A stretch of 64,000 nt of DNA from Candidatus Saccharimonadota bacterium (GCA_028288965.1 JAQGHD010000008.1:22390-86389); one strand, 5' to 3'. Counted from the stretch's first letter, positions 53,632-62,705 are shown. Notes: generated from the sequence alone by a model not told the origin. A program made the numbers and translations.

Positions 53632-53898
53632 ATGGGAAAAATGAAAGAATTGTTCACTAGAGACAAGCAGGAACTAACTGCTTCGAGAACTTTTACAGAG
53701 TCTATGGAACAGCGTGCCAAGGAATGTGCCGGGGTGCTCATTGATGCTTATTTTCAAGGAACTGACCCTATGACTGGAGTCAAGCTTTCACCAGAGTTAC
53801 ATGCAGCAATCGCGCCCTTTGCTTTGGAACAATTTATGAAACAAGTTCACGAATTAGCAGAGATAGAAATGAACGCACTAGGAGGCAATCATGAGTAA
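53632..53898 (+). CDS. hypothetical protein (88 aa), cassette gene 4
   Basis: GAAGGAG upstream. Its stop overlaps the dnaK start (ATGAGTAA). Confidence 0.55.
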   Translation: MGKMKELFTRDKQELTASRTFTESMEQRAKECAGVLIDAYFQGTDPMTGVKLSPELHAAIAPFALEQFMKQVHELAEIEMNALGGNHE

Positions 53899-55816
53899 AA
53901 TTATAGGAATTGATTTAGGAACAACAAACTCGGCAATGGCGGTCATGCAGTCCGGTAAGCCGGAGATTATCGCCAACAGCGAGGGTGCACGTACCACGCC
54001 CAGTGTGGTGGCTATGAGTAAAAACGGTGAGCGTTTGGTGGGCCAAGTGGCCCGTCGCCAACAGGTCACTAACCCCAAGAACACGATTTATGAGGTCAAA
54101 CGCCTGATTGGCCGACGTTGGGAAGACAAAGAAGTCCAACGCGACCTTAAGCTGATGGGCTACGAAATGGTCAAGAGCGGCACTGGCGTAAAAGTAAAAA
54201 TGGACGGCAAAGAATACAGCCCAGAGGAAATCTCTGGCATGATCCTGGGCAAACTCAAGGCCGATGCCGAAAGTTTCCTTGGCGAACCAGTGACAGAGGC
54301 TGTCATTACCGTGCCAGCTTACTTTGATGATAGCCAGCGCCAAGCTACCAAGGACGCCGGTAAAATTGCCGGGCTAGAAGTAAAGCGCATTATTAACGAA
54401 CCAACCGCTGCCGCTTTGGCGTACGGACTCGATCAGAAAAAAGAAGAAAAGATTGCCGTCTTTGACCTAGGTGGCGGTACTTTTGATGTTTCTATTTTGG
54501 AACTAGGCGACGGCGTCTTTGAAGTAAAGAGTACCAATGGTGATACGCACCTGGGCGGGGCCGACTTTGACCGGGCCATTGTGAACTACCTGCGTGATGA
54601 GTTCAAAAAAGAGCACGGCGTGGACGTCAGCGACGATAACGCTGCCATGCAGCGCCTGCGTGACGAGGCCGAAAAAGCCAAGATTGAGCTATCTACCACC
54701 AGCGAGATTAACATTAACTTGCCGTTTCTGACCGCAGATGCCAGCGGGCCCAAGCACTTTGAGCACAAGCTGACCCGCGCTAAGTTGGAACAACTGGTGG
54801 GTGAGTTAGTAGAAAAGACCGCTGTACCGTGTGAAAAAGCTTTAAAGGACGCCGGCCTCAAGGCCAGTGACATCAATGAAGTGGTGCTGGTAGGTGGGAT
54901 GACCCGCATGCCGGCTGTGCAAGAAAAGGTTAAGAAAATCTTTGGCAAAGAACCGCTCAAGGGCGTCAACCCGGATGAAGTCGTGGCCATTGGTGCCGCC
55001 ATTCAAGGTGGTGTATTGCAGGGTGACGTCAAAGACGTGCTGCTGCTAGACGTGACGCCGCTAAGTTTGGGCATTGAAACCCTCGGTGGGGTGGCTACCA
55101 AGCTAATTGAGCGCAACACTACTATTCCAACTAGCAAGAGCGAAGTTTTTAGTACCGCTGCCGATAGCCAACCACAGGTAGAAATCCATGTGGTGCAGGG
55201 TGAGCGCGAAATGGTCGGGGACAACAAAACCCTGGGCCGATTCATCCTAGACGGTATTCCTAGTGCGCCGCGCGGTGTGCCGCAGATAGAAGTGACCTTT
55301 AATATCGATGCCAATGGTATCTTAAATGTGACGGCTAAGGACAAAGGTTCTGGCAAAGAACAGAGCATTACCATTCAAAACAGTGGTAACCTGGACAAAG
55401 CCGAGGTAGAAAAAGCGGCCAAAGAAGCCGAAACTCACGCCGAAGAAGACAAGAAAAAGCGTGAAGCGGTAGATGCCAAGAACATTCTGGACACATCCAT
55501 TTACCAAGCCGAAAAGATGAAGCTAGAGCACAAAGACAAGCTAGCTGAGGAAGACGTCAAGACCATAGACGAAGCCGTGGCTGAAGCCAAAAAGAAGTTG
55601 GAAAGTACTGATAAGGACGAACTAGAAGCAGCCGGCAAAGCGCTAAATGATAAGATTATGCCGATTGGCGCTAAAATGTACGAGCAAGCCGCTAAGGACG
55701 AAAAGCCAGCCGAAGACGTTGCCGCGGACCAAGCCGAGTCTGGCGACAAAAAGGACAGCAAAGACGACAAAGACGTCCAAGAAGGCGAAGTGGTAGACTC
55801 AGAAAAGGATAAATAA
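53891..55816 (+). CDS. dnaK: molecular chaperone DnaK (Hsp70)
   Basis: [29 protein letters not shown] signatures. AGGAGG upstream. Confidence 0.97.
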   Translation: MSKIIGIDLGTTNSAMAVMQSGKPEIIANSEGARTTPSVVAMSKNGERLVGQVARRQQVTNPKNTIYEVKRLIGRRWEDKEVQRDLKLMGYEMVKSGTGVKVKMDGKEYSPEEISGMILGKLKADAESFLGEPVTEAVITVPAYFDDSQRQATKDAGKIAGLEVKRIINEPTAAALAYGLDQKKEEKIAVFDLGGGTFDVSILELGDGVFEVKSTNGDTHLGGADFDRAIVNYLRDEFKKEHGVDVSDDNAAMQRLRDEAEKAKIELSTTSEININLPFLTADASGPKHFEHKLTRAKLEQLVGELVEKTAVPCEKALKDAGLKASDINEVVLVGGMTRMPAVQEKVKKIFGKEPLKGVNPDEVVAIGAAIQGGVLQGDVKDVLLLDVTPLSLGIETLGGVATKLIERNTTIPTSKSEVFSTAADSQPQVEIHVVQGEREMVGDNKTLGRFILDGIPSAPRGVPQIEVTFNIDANGILNVTAKDKGSGKEQSITIQNSGNLDKAEVEKAAKEAETHAEEDKKKREAVDAKNILDTSIYQAEKMKLEHKDKLAEEDVKTIDEAVAEAKKKLESTDKDELEAAGKALNDKIMPIGAKMYEQAAKDEKPAEDVAADQAESGDKKDSKDDKDVQEGEVVDSEKDK

Positions 55817-55826
55817 GGAGTTGAGC

Positions 55827-56285
55827 ATGGAACCACGAATCGGACAAGAAACCAACTTTACCCAGCTAAAAGAAGAAGCATTCCGGAATCGGGCTACGGT
55901 TGAAACCGAAAGCGGCACATATCTAATTGTTGAAATACCAGATGAAGATGGCGCCATAGGGTGGATGGAGGAGCTGCATGGACTTGGCGTGGCACAAATA
56001 GGTCAAAGGTTAATCATTGAAGCAGACTTCAGGCATCACACAAGACGGAATCGCTTGCACGATGTGCTAAGTGCAGATTTAACAACCCAAGCAGTAAGCC
56101 ATACCCGCTATATTGATGGCCAAGTAAGCTCAGAGCCTTCAGATCCTAGAACTGCCAAGAGGTTAGTCGCAGATTACTTAGTAGAAGCCAGCACAGGTTC
56201 ACGACTTGGACTCATGACGCAGCTGTCCTACGAGTTCTTCACTCCCGAGCTTCAGCAGGCGGCTGCCATCAACCATGAGGAATAG
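55827..56285 (+). CDS. hypothetical protein (152 aa) between dnaK and dnaJ
   Basis: AAGGAG 6 nt upstream of ATG 55827. No motif recognised. Confidence 0.55.
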   Translation: MEPRIGQETNFTQLKEEAFRNRATVETESGTYLIVEIPDEDGAIGWMEELHGLGVAQIGQRLIIEADFRHHTRRNRLHDVLSADLTTQAVSHTRYIDGQVSSEPSDPRTAKRLVADYLVEASTGSRLGLMTQLSYEFFTPELQQAAAINHEE

Positions 56286-56287
56286 AC

Positions 56288-56839
56288 ATGCTCCAAAATA
56301 GTTCACCACCTCCATTCCAAGAACGACTGGATGAAAATATACAAAGGTTATCGACGTATTTGCCCGAACGCTCCGCTGAGATTCAGCCTGCTGGCTCTTT
56401 CCGCACCCTAGAGGGCAGCATTGACCAGCACTGGGCCAGGCTAGAAGATGGAATTGACCACGAAAAAGAGACGCCAGTCGTGATTTTGGAAGTGCCGGCT
56501 ATAGATCTGGACTATTTGACCCGTCGGCGATATAGATACTATCCTCACCAGCAAAAACTGGAGGCGTATGTCTTGATCAGCCCATCAGTTAACGAAGACG
56601 GGCCACGAATAAAGGGGGCCGATCCGCAGGAGGTAAGAAGCCGAGATTGGCGAGTTCTCATGGGAGAGTGGGAGGCTCTTAAGGATGAGCAAGCTACAGG
56701 CATAAATGTGGCGACAATAGTCGATTGGGAAACTTTTACTGGGTTACTTGAAAAGTTTAAGCCGCAGAGGAAGAGTTGGCTGACGAGTATTCGGGATCAT
56801 CATATACGTATACGTAAAACTCGCAGCACTGACCTATAA
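56288..56839 (+). CDS. hypothetical protein (183 aa) between dnaK and dnaJ
   Basis: 2-nt gap after the upstream stop; GAGGAA upstream. No motif recognised. Confidence 0.55.
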   Translation: MLQNSSPPPFQERLDENIQRLSTYLPERSAEIQPAGSFRTLEGSIDQHWARLEDGIDHEKETPVVILEVPAIDLDYLTRRRYRYYPHQQKLEAYVLISPSVNEDGPRIKGADPQEVRSRDWRVLMGEWEALKDEQATGINVATIVDWETFTGLLEKFKPQRKSWLTSIRDHHIRIRKTRSTDL

Positions 56840-56902
56840 TGAGCGAACACACCAGACAGGCGCGACGCGAGGCTTTTATGAAATATTCACAAAAGGAAAT
56901 AG

Positions 56903-58033
56903 ATGGCTAAACGAGATTATTACGACGTACTAGGTGTAGGCAAGTCTGCCAGTGCGGATGAGATTAAAAAATCTTTCCGCCGTTTGGCTGTGCAGTACCA
57001 TCCTGACAAAGAGGGTGGCAACGAAGATAAATTCAAAGAGATAAACGAAGCCTACGAAGTGCTCAAGGATGAAAGCAAGCGTAAACGCTATGATCAATTT
57101 GGCCACGCCGGTGTTGGCAGTAGTGCGGCCAGTGATGGTGGCAATCCGTATGCCGGGTTTGGTGGTTTTGGTGGCGCTGGCGGCCAAGGCCAGCGAGTCA
57201 ATTTTGATTTTGGCGATTTAGGCTTAGGTGATATTTTTGAAAGCTTTTTTAGTGGCGGCATGGGCGGTCAAGCTAATGGACAGCAAAGACAGGCTCGCGG
57301 GCGTGATGTAGAAACGGCCATTGAACTCACCTTTGAACAAGCCGTGTTCGGTACCAAAATAGACCTGCGACTTAACTTAGAAGATACCTGCGAGCACTGC
57401 AAGGGTACAACTGTAGAACCAGGCTATGAGCTTAAAACCTGCCCCAACTGTAAAGGCAGTGGCCAGGTGGTAAACGTTATGCGCACCGTATTTGGTAACA
57501 TCCAGCAAGCGGCCGTCTGTCCTGTTTGTAAGGGCCGCGGCAAAGTGCCAGAAAAAGTCTGCACTGTTTGTAAGGGCAAAGGCACGCAGCGTAAGGAGCA
57601 AGACATTACGCTAAAAGTACCAGCCGGTATAGACGATGGTGCTACTATCCGTTTACGAGAACATGGCGAGGCCGTGGCCAATGGCCCCAAAGGTGATTTG
57701 TACGTGAATGTGCGCGTCAAACCGCACAAAAAATTCACCCGTGAGGGTGATCTGATCTTGAGTGACGATACGGTGGGAATGGTAGAAGCGGCCCTAGGCG
57801 CCGAAATAGAAGTTGAGACCGTAGATGGCCCAGTAAAAATGAAAGTGCCGGCCGGTACTCAAAGCGGCACCGACTTTAAGCTATCGGGCCACGGCGTGCC
57901 GCACCTGCGCGGTAACACGCGCGGTGCCCACATTGTGACTATTAATGTAGAGACACCCACAAAACTGACTAAGCACCAACAACAGCTATTGCAAGACTTT
58001 CAGAACCAGCCAAAAAAGCACGGGCTGTTTTAA
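56903..58033 (+). CDS. dnaJ: molecular chaperone DnaJ (type I Hsp40)
   Basis: J-domain DYYDVLGV...YHPDK, G/F region, four CxxCxGxG zinc-finger repeats. Confidence 0.95.
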   Translation: MAKRDYYDVLGVGKSASADEIKKSFRRLAVQYHPDKEGGNEDKFKEINEAYEVLKDESKRKRYDQFGHAGVGSSAASDGGNPYAGFGGFGGAGGQGQRVNFDFGDLGLGDIFESFFSGGMGGQANGQQRQARGRDVETAIELTFEQAVFGTKIDLRLNLEDTCEHCKGTTVEPGYELKTCPNCKGSGQVVNVMRTVFGNIQQAAVCPVCKGRGKVPEKVCTVCKGKGTQRKEQDITLKVPAGIDDGATIRLREHGEAVANGPKGDLYVNVRVKPHKKFTREGDLILSDDTVGMVEAALGAEIEVETVDGPVKMKVPAGTQSGTDFKLSGHGVPHLRGNTRGAHIVTINVETPTKLTKHQQQLLQDFQNQPKKHGLF

Positions 58034-58818
58034 GTTTGGCTATTGTGAAGTCGCAAGTATTTAGCAAAGTCACGCAAACGGATACCCTCACTTTTTAAGA
58101 TAAATTCGGCCATCTTGAGTGATCGCAGTTGTTTCTCGGTTAGCTCCGGCAGCTTTTCTAGCTTATCGCGGTACATGTCTTCATCAGCTACTCGCAACAG
58201 ATCACCGGCAGTTTTAATCGTGTCACGGGTGGCGTCATCTAATACACCCACTCCAATAGAGGCGTCTAAGCCAAGTTCACGTAATGCTTCATTGCCTGGA
58301 AGATTCACGTATTCACGAATAGCTTCACGTAAGCGTCCAACAACTATCTTGGCGCCTTCGGCATCGGTGTTGGGCAGCAAAACAGCAAATTCATCGCCAC
58401 CAATATGACCGCCTTCGGCCTCGATCATTTCATGCTTTTGGCTGATGGTTTGGTTGGTTGGCTCCAAGGAACCAACCGCCACAACATCAAGCGGTCGTGA
58501 CGCAGTTTCGTGGTGGCTTGGATTATTAAGAGTGCGCAAGCTAGAAACTATTACTCCAATAAGGCCACGGGTATCGTTAATAACGGCATCACCAACATCG
58601 TGACCAAGGACGTCGTTAACATCTTTAAAGTGATCGGCATCAATAAATAATACGGCCAGGGGCTTACCAGATGCCTGGGCCTCAACAAACTCTCGTTCCA
58701 CTCTAGTGTGGAAGACCTTTTTATCAAGGAGTTCACGTTCATCAGGGGTTGGCGCCAATGCGTCCGCGGTGGCTGCTGATTGAATGTGCGTTGGATCTAT
58801 GTTTTGTATTGCTGACAT
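58030..58818 (-). CDS. diguanylate cyclase (GGDEF domain), no recognisable sensor domain
   Basis: FIDADHFKDVNDVLGHDVGD and GGHIGGDEFAVLLP. No RxxD I-site 5 residues upstream of GGDEF. Its stop overlaps the dnaJ stop (convergent). Confidence 0.8.
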   Translation of the reverse strand: MSAIQNIDPTHIQSAATADALAPTPDERELLDKKVFHTRVEREFVEAQASGKPLAVLFIDADHFKDVNDVLGHDVGDAVINDTRGLIGVIVSSLRTLNNPSHHETASRPLDVVAVGSLEPTNQTISQKHEMIEAEGGHIGGDEFAVLLPNTDAEGAKIVVGRLREAIREYVNLPGNEALRELGLDASIGVGVLDDATRDTIKTAGDLLRVADEDMYRDKLEKLPELTEKQLRSLKMAEFILKSEGIRLRDFAKYLRLHNSQT

Positions 58819-58904
58819 GAGCTTATTATAGCATAATATAGTCTATATTGTCAATCATAAGCGTATTGTGTTCGGCTAGAGAAGAATCTACAATTAAGGG
58901 TAAG

Positions 58905-59021
58905 ATGAGAAAGCTATCCCAAAGCGAACAGGGCTTTATCCCTTTAATCGTGGTTTTACTGGCCATTTTAATAGCTTTTATTGTGCTGGTATACCTGCGG
59001 GTTATCCATCCTAACAGATAG
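58905..59021 (+). CDS. candidate 38-aa single-TM peptide (not in ORF track)
   Basis: AAGGG upstream. Encodes MRKLSQSEQGFIPLIVVLLAILIAFIVLVYLRVIHPNR, with a pilin-like G|F motif but no Glu+5. Confidence 0.3.
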   Translation: MRKLSQSEQGFIPLIVVLLAILIAFIVLVYLRVIHPNR

Positions 59022-59057
59022 TATTGTAAAAATATAAAAATATGTTAGAATAAGTGT

Positions 59058-60065
59058 ATGACAGTATTGCCTGATACGCTCAAGCGATTAAAGGTTAGCT
59101 CAAGATTAGTAGTTAACCGGGCGCTGGCCCGTGGATGGGTGGTTGAGCCGTATGAATCTAACCCTTCAATTATGAAGCTTACCCTGCCAAGTCGTGCGCA
59201 GCCAATTCATATTTTTAGCGCCGCGCCGCCACATGCCAGTTATGTAGCCAGCAAAATTGCTCAAGACAAATTTATAACCAACAAGATTCTGGCGGATCGC
59301 GGTGTCCCAGTACCAGCAGAGCTATTACTTCACGCTGGCCACGACCTGCCCCAAGATGCCATAGACGCATTTTTAGCCGAACATAAGCGAATTATCGTTA
59401 AGCCCCTTGATGCCTCACACGGGAAGGGCATTACCACTGATATTACCGCTAAGGCCGCCCTCCGTAAGGCTATTAGTGTGGCTCAAAAACAAGCCAAGAC
59501 TGGTCGCGTTTTATTGCAGAATCATTTAGAGGGCCTTGATTTGCGCGTGTTATGCGTGGGCTACAAGTTTATCAGTGCGATTCACCGTACACCGGCACGA
59601 GTAATTGGTGATGGCCGGCACACGGTAGCCGAGCTTATTGACGTCACTAATGAAGATCGCGGCGAAAATTACAGCAAACGGCTCAACAAAATTCCCAGCA
59701 ATGAGGCCGAAGGTTACTTGGGCAAAAAGCGCTATAACTCAGTGCCCGCCAAGCAAGAAATAGTGCAAGTCTTAGGTGTGGCCAATGTAGGCAAGGGTGG
59801 TGAGCTGCAAAACGTTACCACCGAGGTGCCACAGTTCTTAATTGAACTATCTGAAGCTATTGCCAGAACACTCTTCTTGCCGGTCTGTGGAATTGACTTT
59901 TTAATTGCCAAACTTCCAACCAAGGACGTTACCAAGCAGCAATTACACCCGGTTGTTATAGAGGTGAACGAGACACCAATGCTCATGATGTATGAAGATA
60001 CAGAATCAGCCCTCCAAGATAGGGTGATCGACGCCTACCTTGATTTTATCGAAACCAGCGAATAG
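59058..60065 (+). CDS. ATP-grasp ligase resembling the N-terminal ATP-grasp module of cyanophycin synthetase
   Basis: IIVKPLDASHGKGI, DLRVLCVGYKFISAIHRTPARVIGDGRHTVAELID, GIDFL...VIEVNETP. No Mur-ligase-like second half. Confidence 0.7.
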   Translation: MTVLPDTLKRLKVSSRLVVNRALARGWVVEPYESNPSIMKLTLPSRAQPIHIFSAAPPHASYVASKIAQDKFITNKILADRGVPVPAELLLHAGHDLPQDAIDAFLAEHKRIIVKPLDASHGKGITTDITAKAALRKAISVAQKQAKTGRVLLQNHLEGLDLRVLCVGYKFISAIHRTPARVIGDGRHTVAELIDVTNEDRGENYSKRLNKIPSNEAEGYLGKKRYNSVPAKQEIVQVLGVANVGKGGELQNVTTEVPQFLIELSEAIARTLFLPVCGIDFLIAKLPTKDVTKQQLHPVVIEVNETPMLMMYEDTESALQDRVIDAYLDFIETSE

Positions 60066-60072
60066 TAAAGCT

Positions 60073-61479
60073 ATGACTATGGCAGAAGCTCTCGATACAA
60101 TTAACGCTACTGACCAATTGCCATTTGCTATGGCGGCCGAGGGCTTTACTCGTATTCCCGAGGCCAGACTCCAGGTATATGAATTCTTTGCCGGTGACCC
60201 CGTTCATCGTTACAAAGAACAAATTAGGGTGCTGCAAGATGCCTCACACGACTCCAACCCCATACTTGATTTATCCCCTCAAGTCGTAGGCGAGCTACAC
60301 AACAGCAGGCGTCGTTTAGCAAAGATTTTGGGCATAGTCGAGCAGAATGTTGAGGCTACTCCCCTTGAAGAATCAGCCATGTATGAATTATCGGCTCGCC
60401 GAGCTGCCGAAAATTATTACGTACTGCAGGCATACCGCGTGACAGATATGCCGGCTGAACATCCACGGCGAATACAGCACGCGGAACGCTTACATGCCAT
60501 GGGCGTAGAGTTATTTGGAGAACCAGATAAAACAGTGTTTGATTCGCTTATTTCCATGGAACGCCAAAAAGCTACCAATCTGCTAACCCATGGCGATCCA
60601 GCGGTTCGACAGTTAGCCCAAGAGTATGTTGATCTGTTGCCGGATGTTACTTCGCCCAATACGCCATATCTTCCAGAGCAGGCCACTGTAGATCATTATC
60701 ACAATTTAATTCTAGAAGTGTATGGAGGTATGCTCGAAGCAGCAATAGAACCAGATAAAGAAAACTACAAACCAGCACAAATGGTCCAGGCATTTAATAA
60801 GGCCCTAGATTATATAGGTGCCAGTGGGTGGTGTGCCGAACTGCGGCCAGGTGCCAATATAGTCAACGTCAATCATGAAGATAAAAAAGTGTATGTGGGT
60901 GCTGATCGCATCCCTGCTTCTGCTATGAGGATGAAAAAACTACTGTTACACGAGGTGGGGATACACGTCATGCGCCGAATTTTAGGCGAGCAGACAGCCA
61001 ATCCCTTACTTGGTGGTGTTGGTTTGAGCGGCAATGAAGCAACCGAAGAAGGTTTGGGCGTGGTAGTCGAGCAAATGCTGGACAGTAAAGCCCTGGTTAA
61101 AGGGGAGCAGCACTATATGAATATTGGGCTGTCACTTGGCCTTGATGGCCATCCCAGAGATTTTCGTGAGGTTTTTGAAATTGAATGGCGTAGAAAAGTG
61201 CTCGAGAAAGTCGAAGGTAATTCAAATCTAGATATTCAAGTAGTTATGAAAGCCTACCGAATTGCCTATAGTAATGTGGTTCGGGTCCGCCGTGGAACAC
61301 CTGCCGATGTCTCGGGCATTGCCTTTACTAAAGATCTTGCCTACTACAACGGCAATGGAGCAATCTGGAAGTTCTTAGAGCAAAAGCTGTTAACTAAGGA
61401 TGAATTTAAAAAGATTTTGACTGGCAAGCACAATTTTTTGCGCGCGGATCATCGAGACCTTGTTGACACGGCAGCTTAA
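60073..61479 (+). CDS. DUF1704 / MATCAP-like metallocarboxypeptidase (QEGLA-motif family)
   Basis: HExxxH zinc motif LLLHEVGIHVMRR and TEEGLGVVVEQ (cf. QEGLA). ATG 60073 preferred. Confidence 0.65.
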   Translation: MTMAEALDTINATDQLPFAMAAEGFTRIPEARLQVYEFFAGDPVHRYKEQIRVLQDASHDSNPILDLSPQVVGELHNSRRRLAKILGIVEQNVEATPLEESAMYELSARRAAENYYVLQAYRVTDMPAEHPRRIQHAERLHAMGVELFGEPDKTVFDSLISMERQKATNLLTHGDPAVRQLAQEYVDLLPDVTSPNTPYLPEQATVDHYHNLILEVYGGMLEAAIEPDKENYKPAQMVQAFNKALDYIGASGWCAELRPGANIVNVNHEDKKVYVGADRIPASAMRMKKLLLHEVGIHVMRRILGEQTANPLLGGVGLSGNEATEEGLGVVVEQMLDSKALVKGEQHYMNIGLSLGLDGHPRDFREVFEIEWRRKVLEKVEGNSNLDIQVVMKAYRIAYSNVVRVRRGTPADVSGIAFTKDLAYYNGNGAIWKFLEQKLLTKDEFKKILTGKHNFLRADHRDLVDTAA

Positions 61480-62705
61480 GCAGGCCTAGCCCCAGTAAGT
61501 ACTTTGGCATGGGTTTGCACAAAAGTAAGATCCTTTTGTAGTTGACGGGGATCTGTATGTATCAACATGGCAATAGCAGCAGCCTTATAGCCGGAGCTGG
61601 CTGGGCCAACTAGCCGGCCGGGTTTAACACGAACTTTTATGTAGTTAAAACTAGGCAACTGCTGCAAGGCGGCTAAGTTGGATATTTGCTGAAAAACCCC
61701 TTCCGACTCTGGAAAGAGTTCTATCACTGAGCAATTATTTTGATGGGTGGCAGCTAGGTTAAGCTTACGGTTGTAGGCTGTATCTATCATGGCTTGCTCC
61801 AGGTTAATACCGTGGGCCACTTCATACATGTGTGTGCGATAGCCGCCAATTCGGGCGCCAATTTCAATAATTTTTGGACCACTTGGAGTTAGGAACAATT
61901 CTATGTGCAGTGGCGTGCTGGTAAGACCTAGGGCTTTGCCGCCTTTTGCCGCCACTGTCAATATGGCTTTTTGGTCACTAGCCTTTAGGCGCGAGGGTAG
62001 GCTACGAGTAAAAAGGTAATTATCATTACGGCCTATATCTTGAGCCGTTACCAGATCGACTATCTTTGGGATAAGCTGTGGCCGCCCTTGGCTATCCGCA
62101 AATCCAGCCACGGTATGCAGGCTGCCTACCAGGCATTCCTCAATTAAGAGTTTAGGCTCCCGGGGAACATGAAACTTGCTATACAGCTGTTTTACACTGC
62201 TCTTGGCGTGTTGGAAATTAGCCTGTAGCTGCTCTATAGAATCGCTCTTGCTGACCAGTAAACTCTTTACCAAATTAGCCGGTTTTAAGATAACAGGGAA
62301 GCTATGCGCCTGCATAAAGTCTAAAATGTCTTGCCAATTGTCTACCTGCTTAAACTCTGGAGTAATACTGGGGTCATATGCCAAAAACTTCTGACGCATT
62401 AAGACTTTATCGGTGCTGCTTAGGGCGGCATCAGGGGTTATACCAGGTACGGAAAAATATCGCGACAACTGTGCTGCTGGCCAAACATAATTTTCATATG
62501 TCCAGACAATTGCCTCAACCGGCTGGGTAAAGTTTTTTAAGCTGGACTGTATCGTGGTTTCGTCGGTAAAATCTACCAACCTGGTAGGCGCTTGGGGGGC
62601 CTTTTTGGTGGGACGCTGGGCATCTAAAAATATGCCAAAGGCTTCGTCATTTTGGCGCAAATACTCATAAAAACTAGAGTGTGCTTTGCCAACTATCCAC
62701 AGCAT
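61476..62705 (-). CDS. ATP-grasp domain protein (carboxylate-amine ligase of unknown specificity)
   Basis: FPVILKPANLVKSLLVSK, LLIEECLVGSLHTV, PLHIELFLTPSGPKIIEIGARIGG. Convergent with the previous gene; both stops share the CTTAAG palindrome. Confidence 0.65.
   Translation of the reverse strand: MLWIVGKAHSSFYEYLRQNDEAFGIFLDAQRPTKKAPQAPTRLVDFTDETTIQSSLKNFTQPVEAIVWTYENYVWPAAQLSRYFSVPGITPDAALSSTDKVLMRQKFLAYDPSITPEFKQVDNWQDILDFMQAHSFPVILKPANLVKSLLVSKSDSIEQLQANFQHAKSSVKQLYSKFHVPREPKLLIEECLVGSLHTVAGFADSQGRPQLIPKIVDLVTAQDIGRNDNYLFTRSLPSRLKASDQKAILTVAAKGGKALGLTSTPLHIELFLTPSGPKIIEIGARIGGYRTHMYEVAHGINLEQAMIDTAYNRKLNLAATHQNNCSVIELFPESEGVFQQISNLAALQQLPSFNYIKVRVKPGRLVGPASSGYKAAAIAMLIHTDPRQLQKDLTFVQTHAKVLTGARPA

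Noticed and set aside
53291-53741. Minus-strand ORFs 53291-53512 and 53451-53741 opposite the grpE-dnaK cassette
   Set aside because: They overlap a continuous chain of plus-strand ORFs that have SD sequences and start/stop coupling. The minus-strand frames have neither, and they would be transcribed against the operon.
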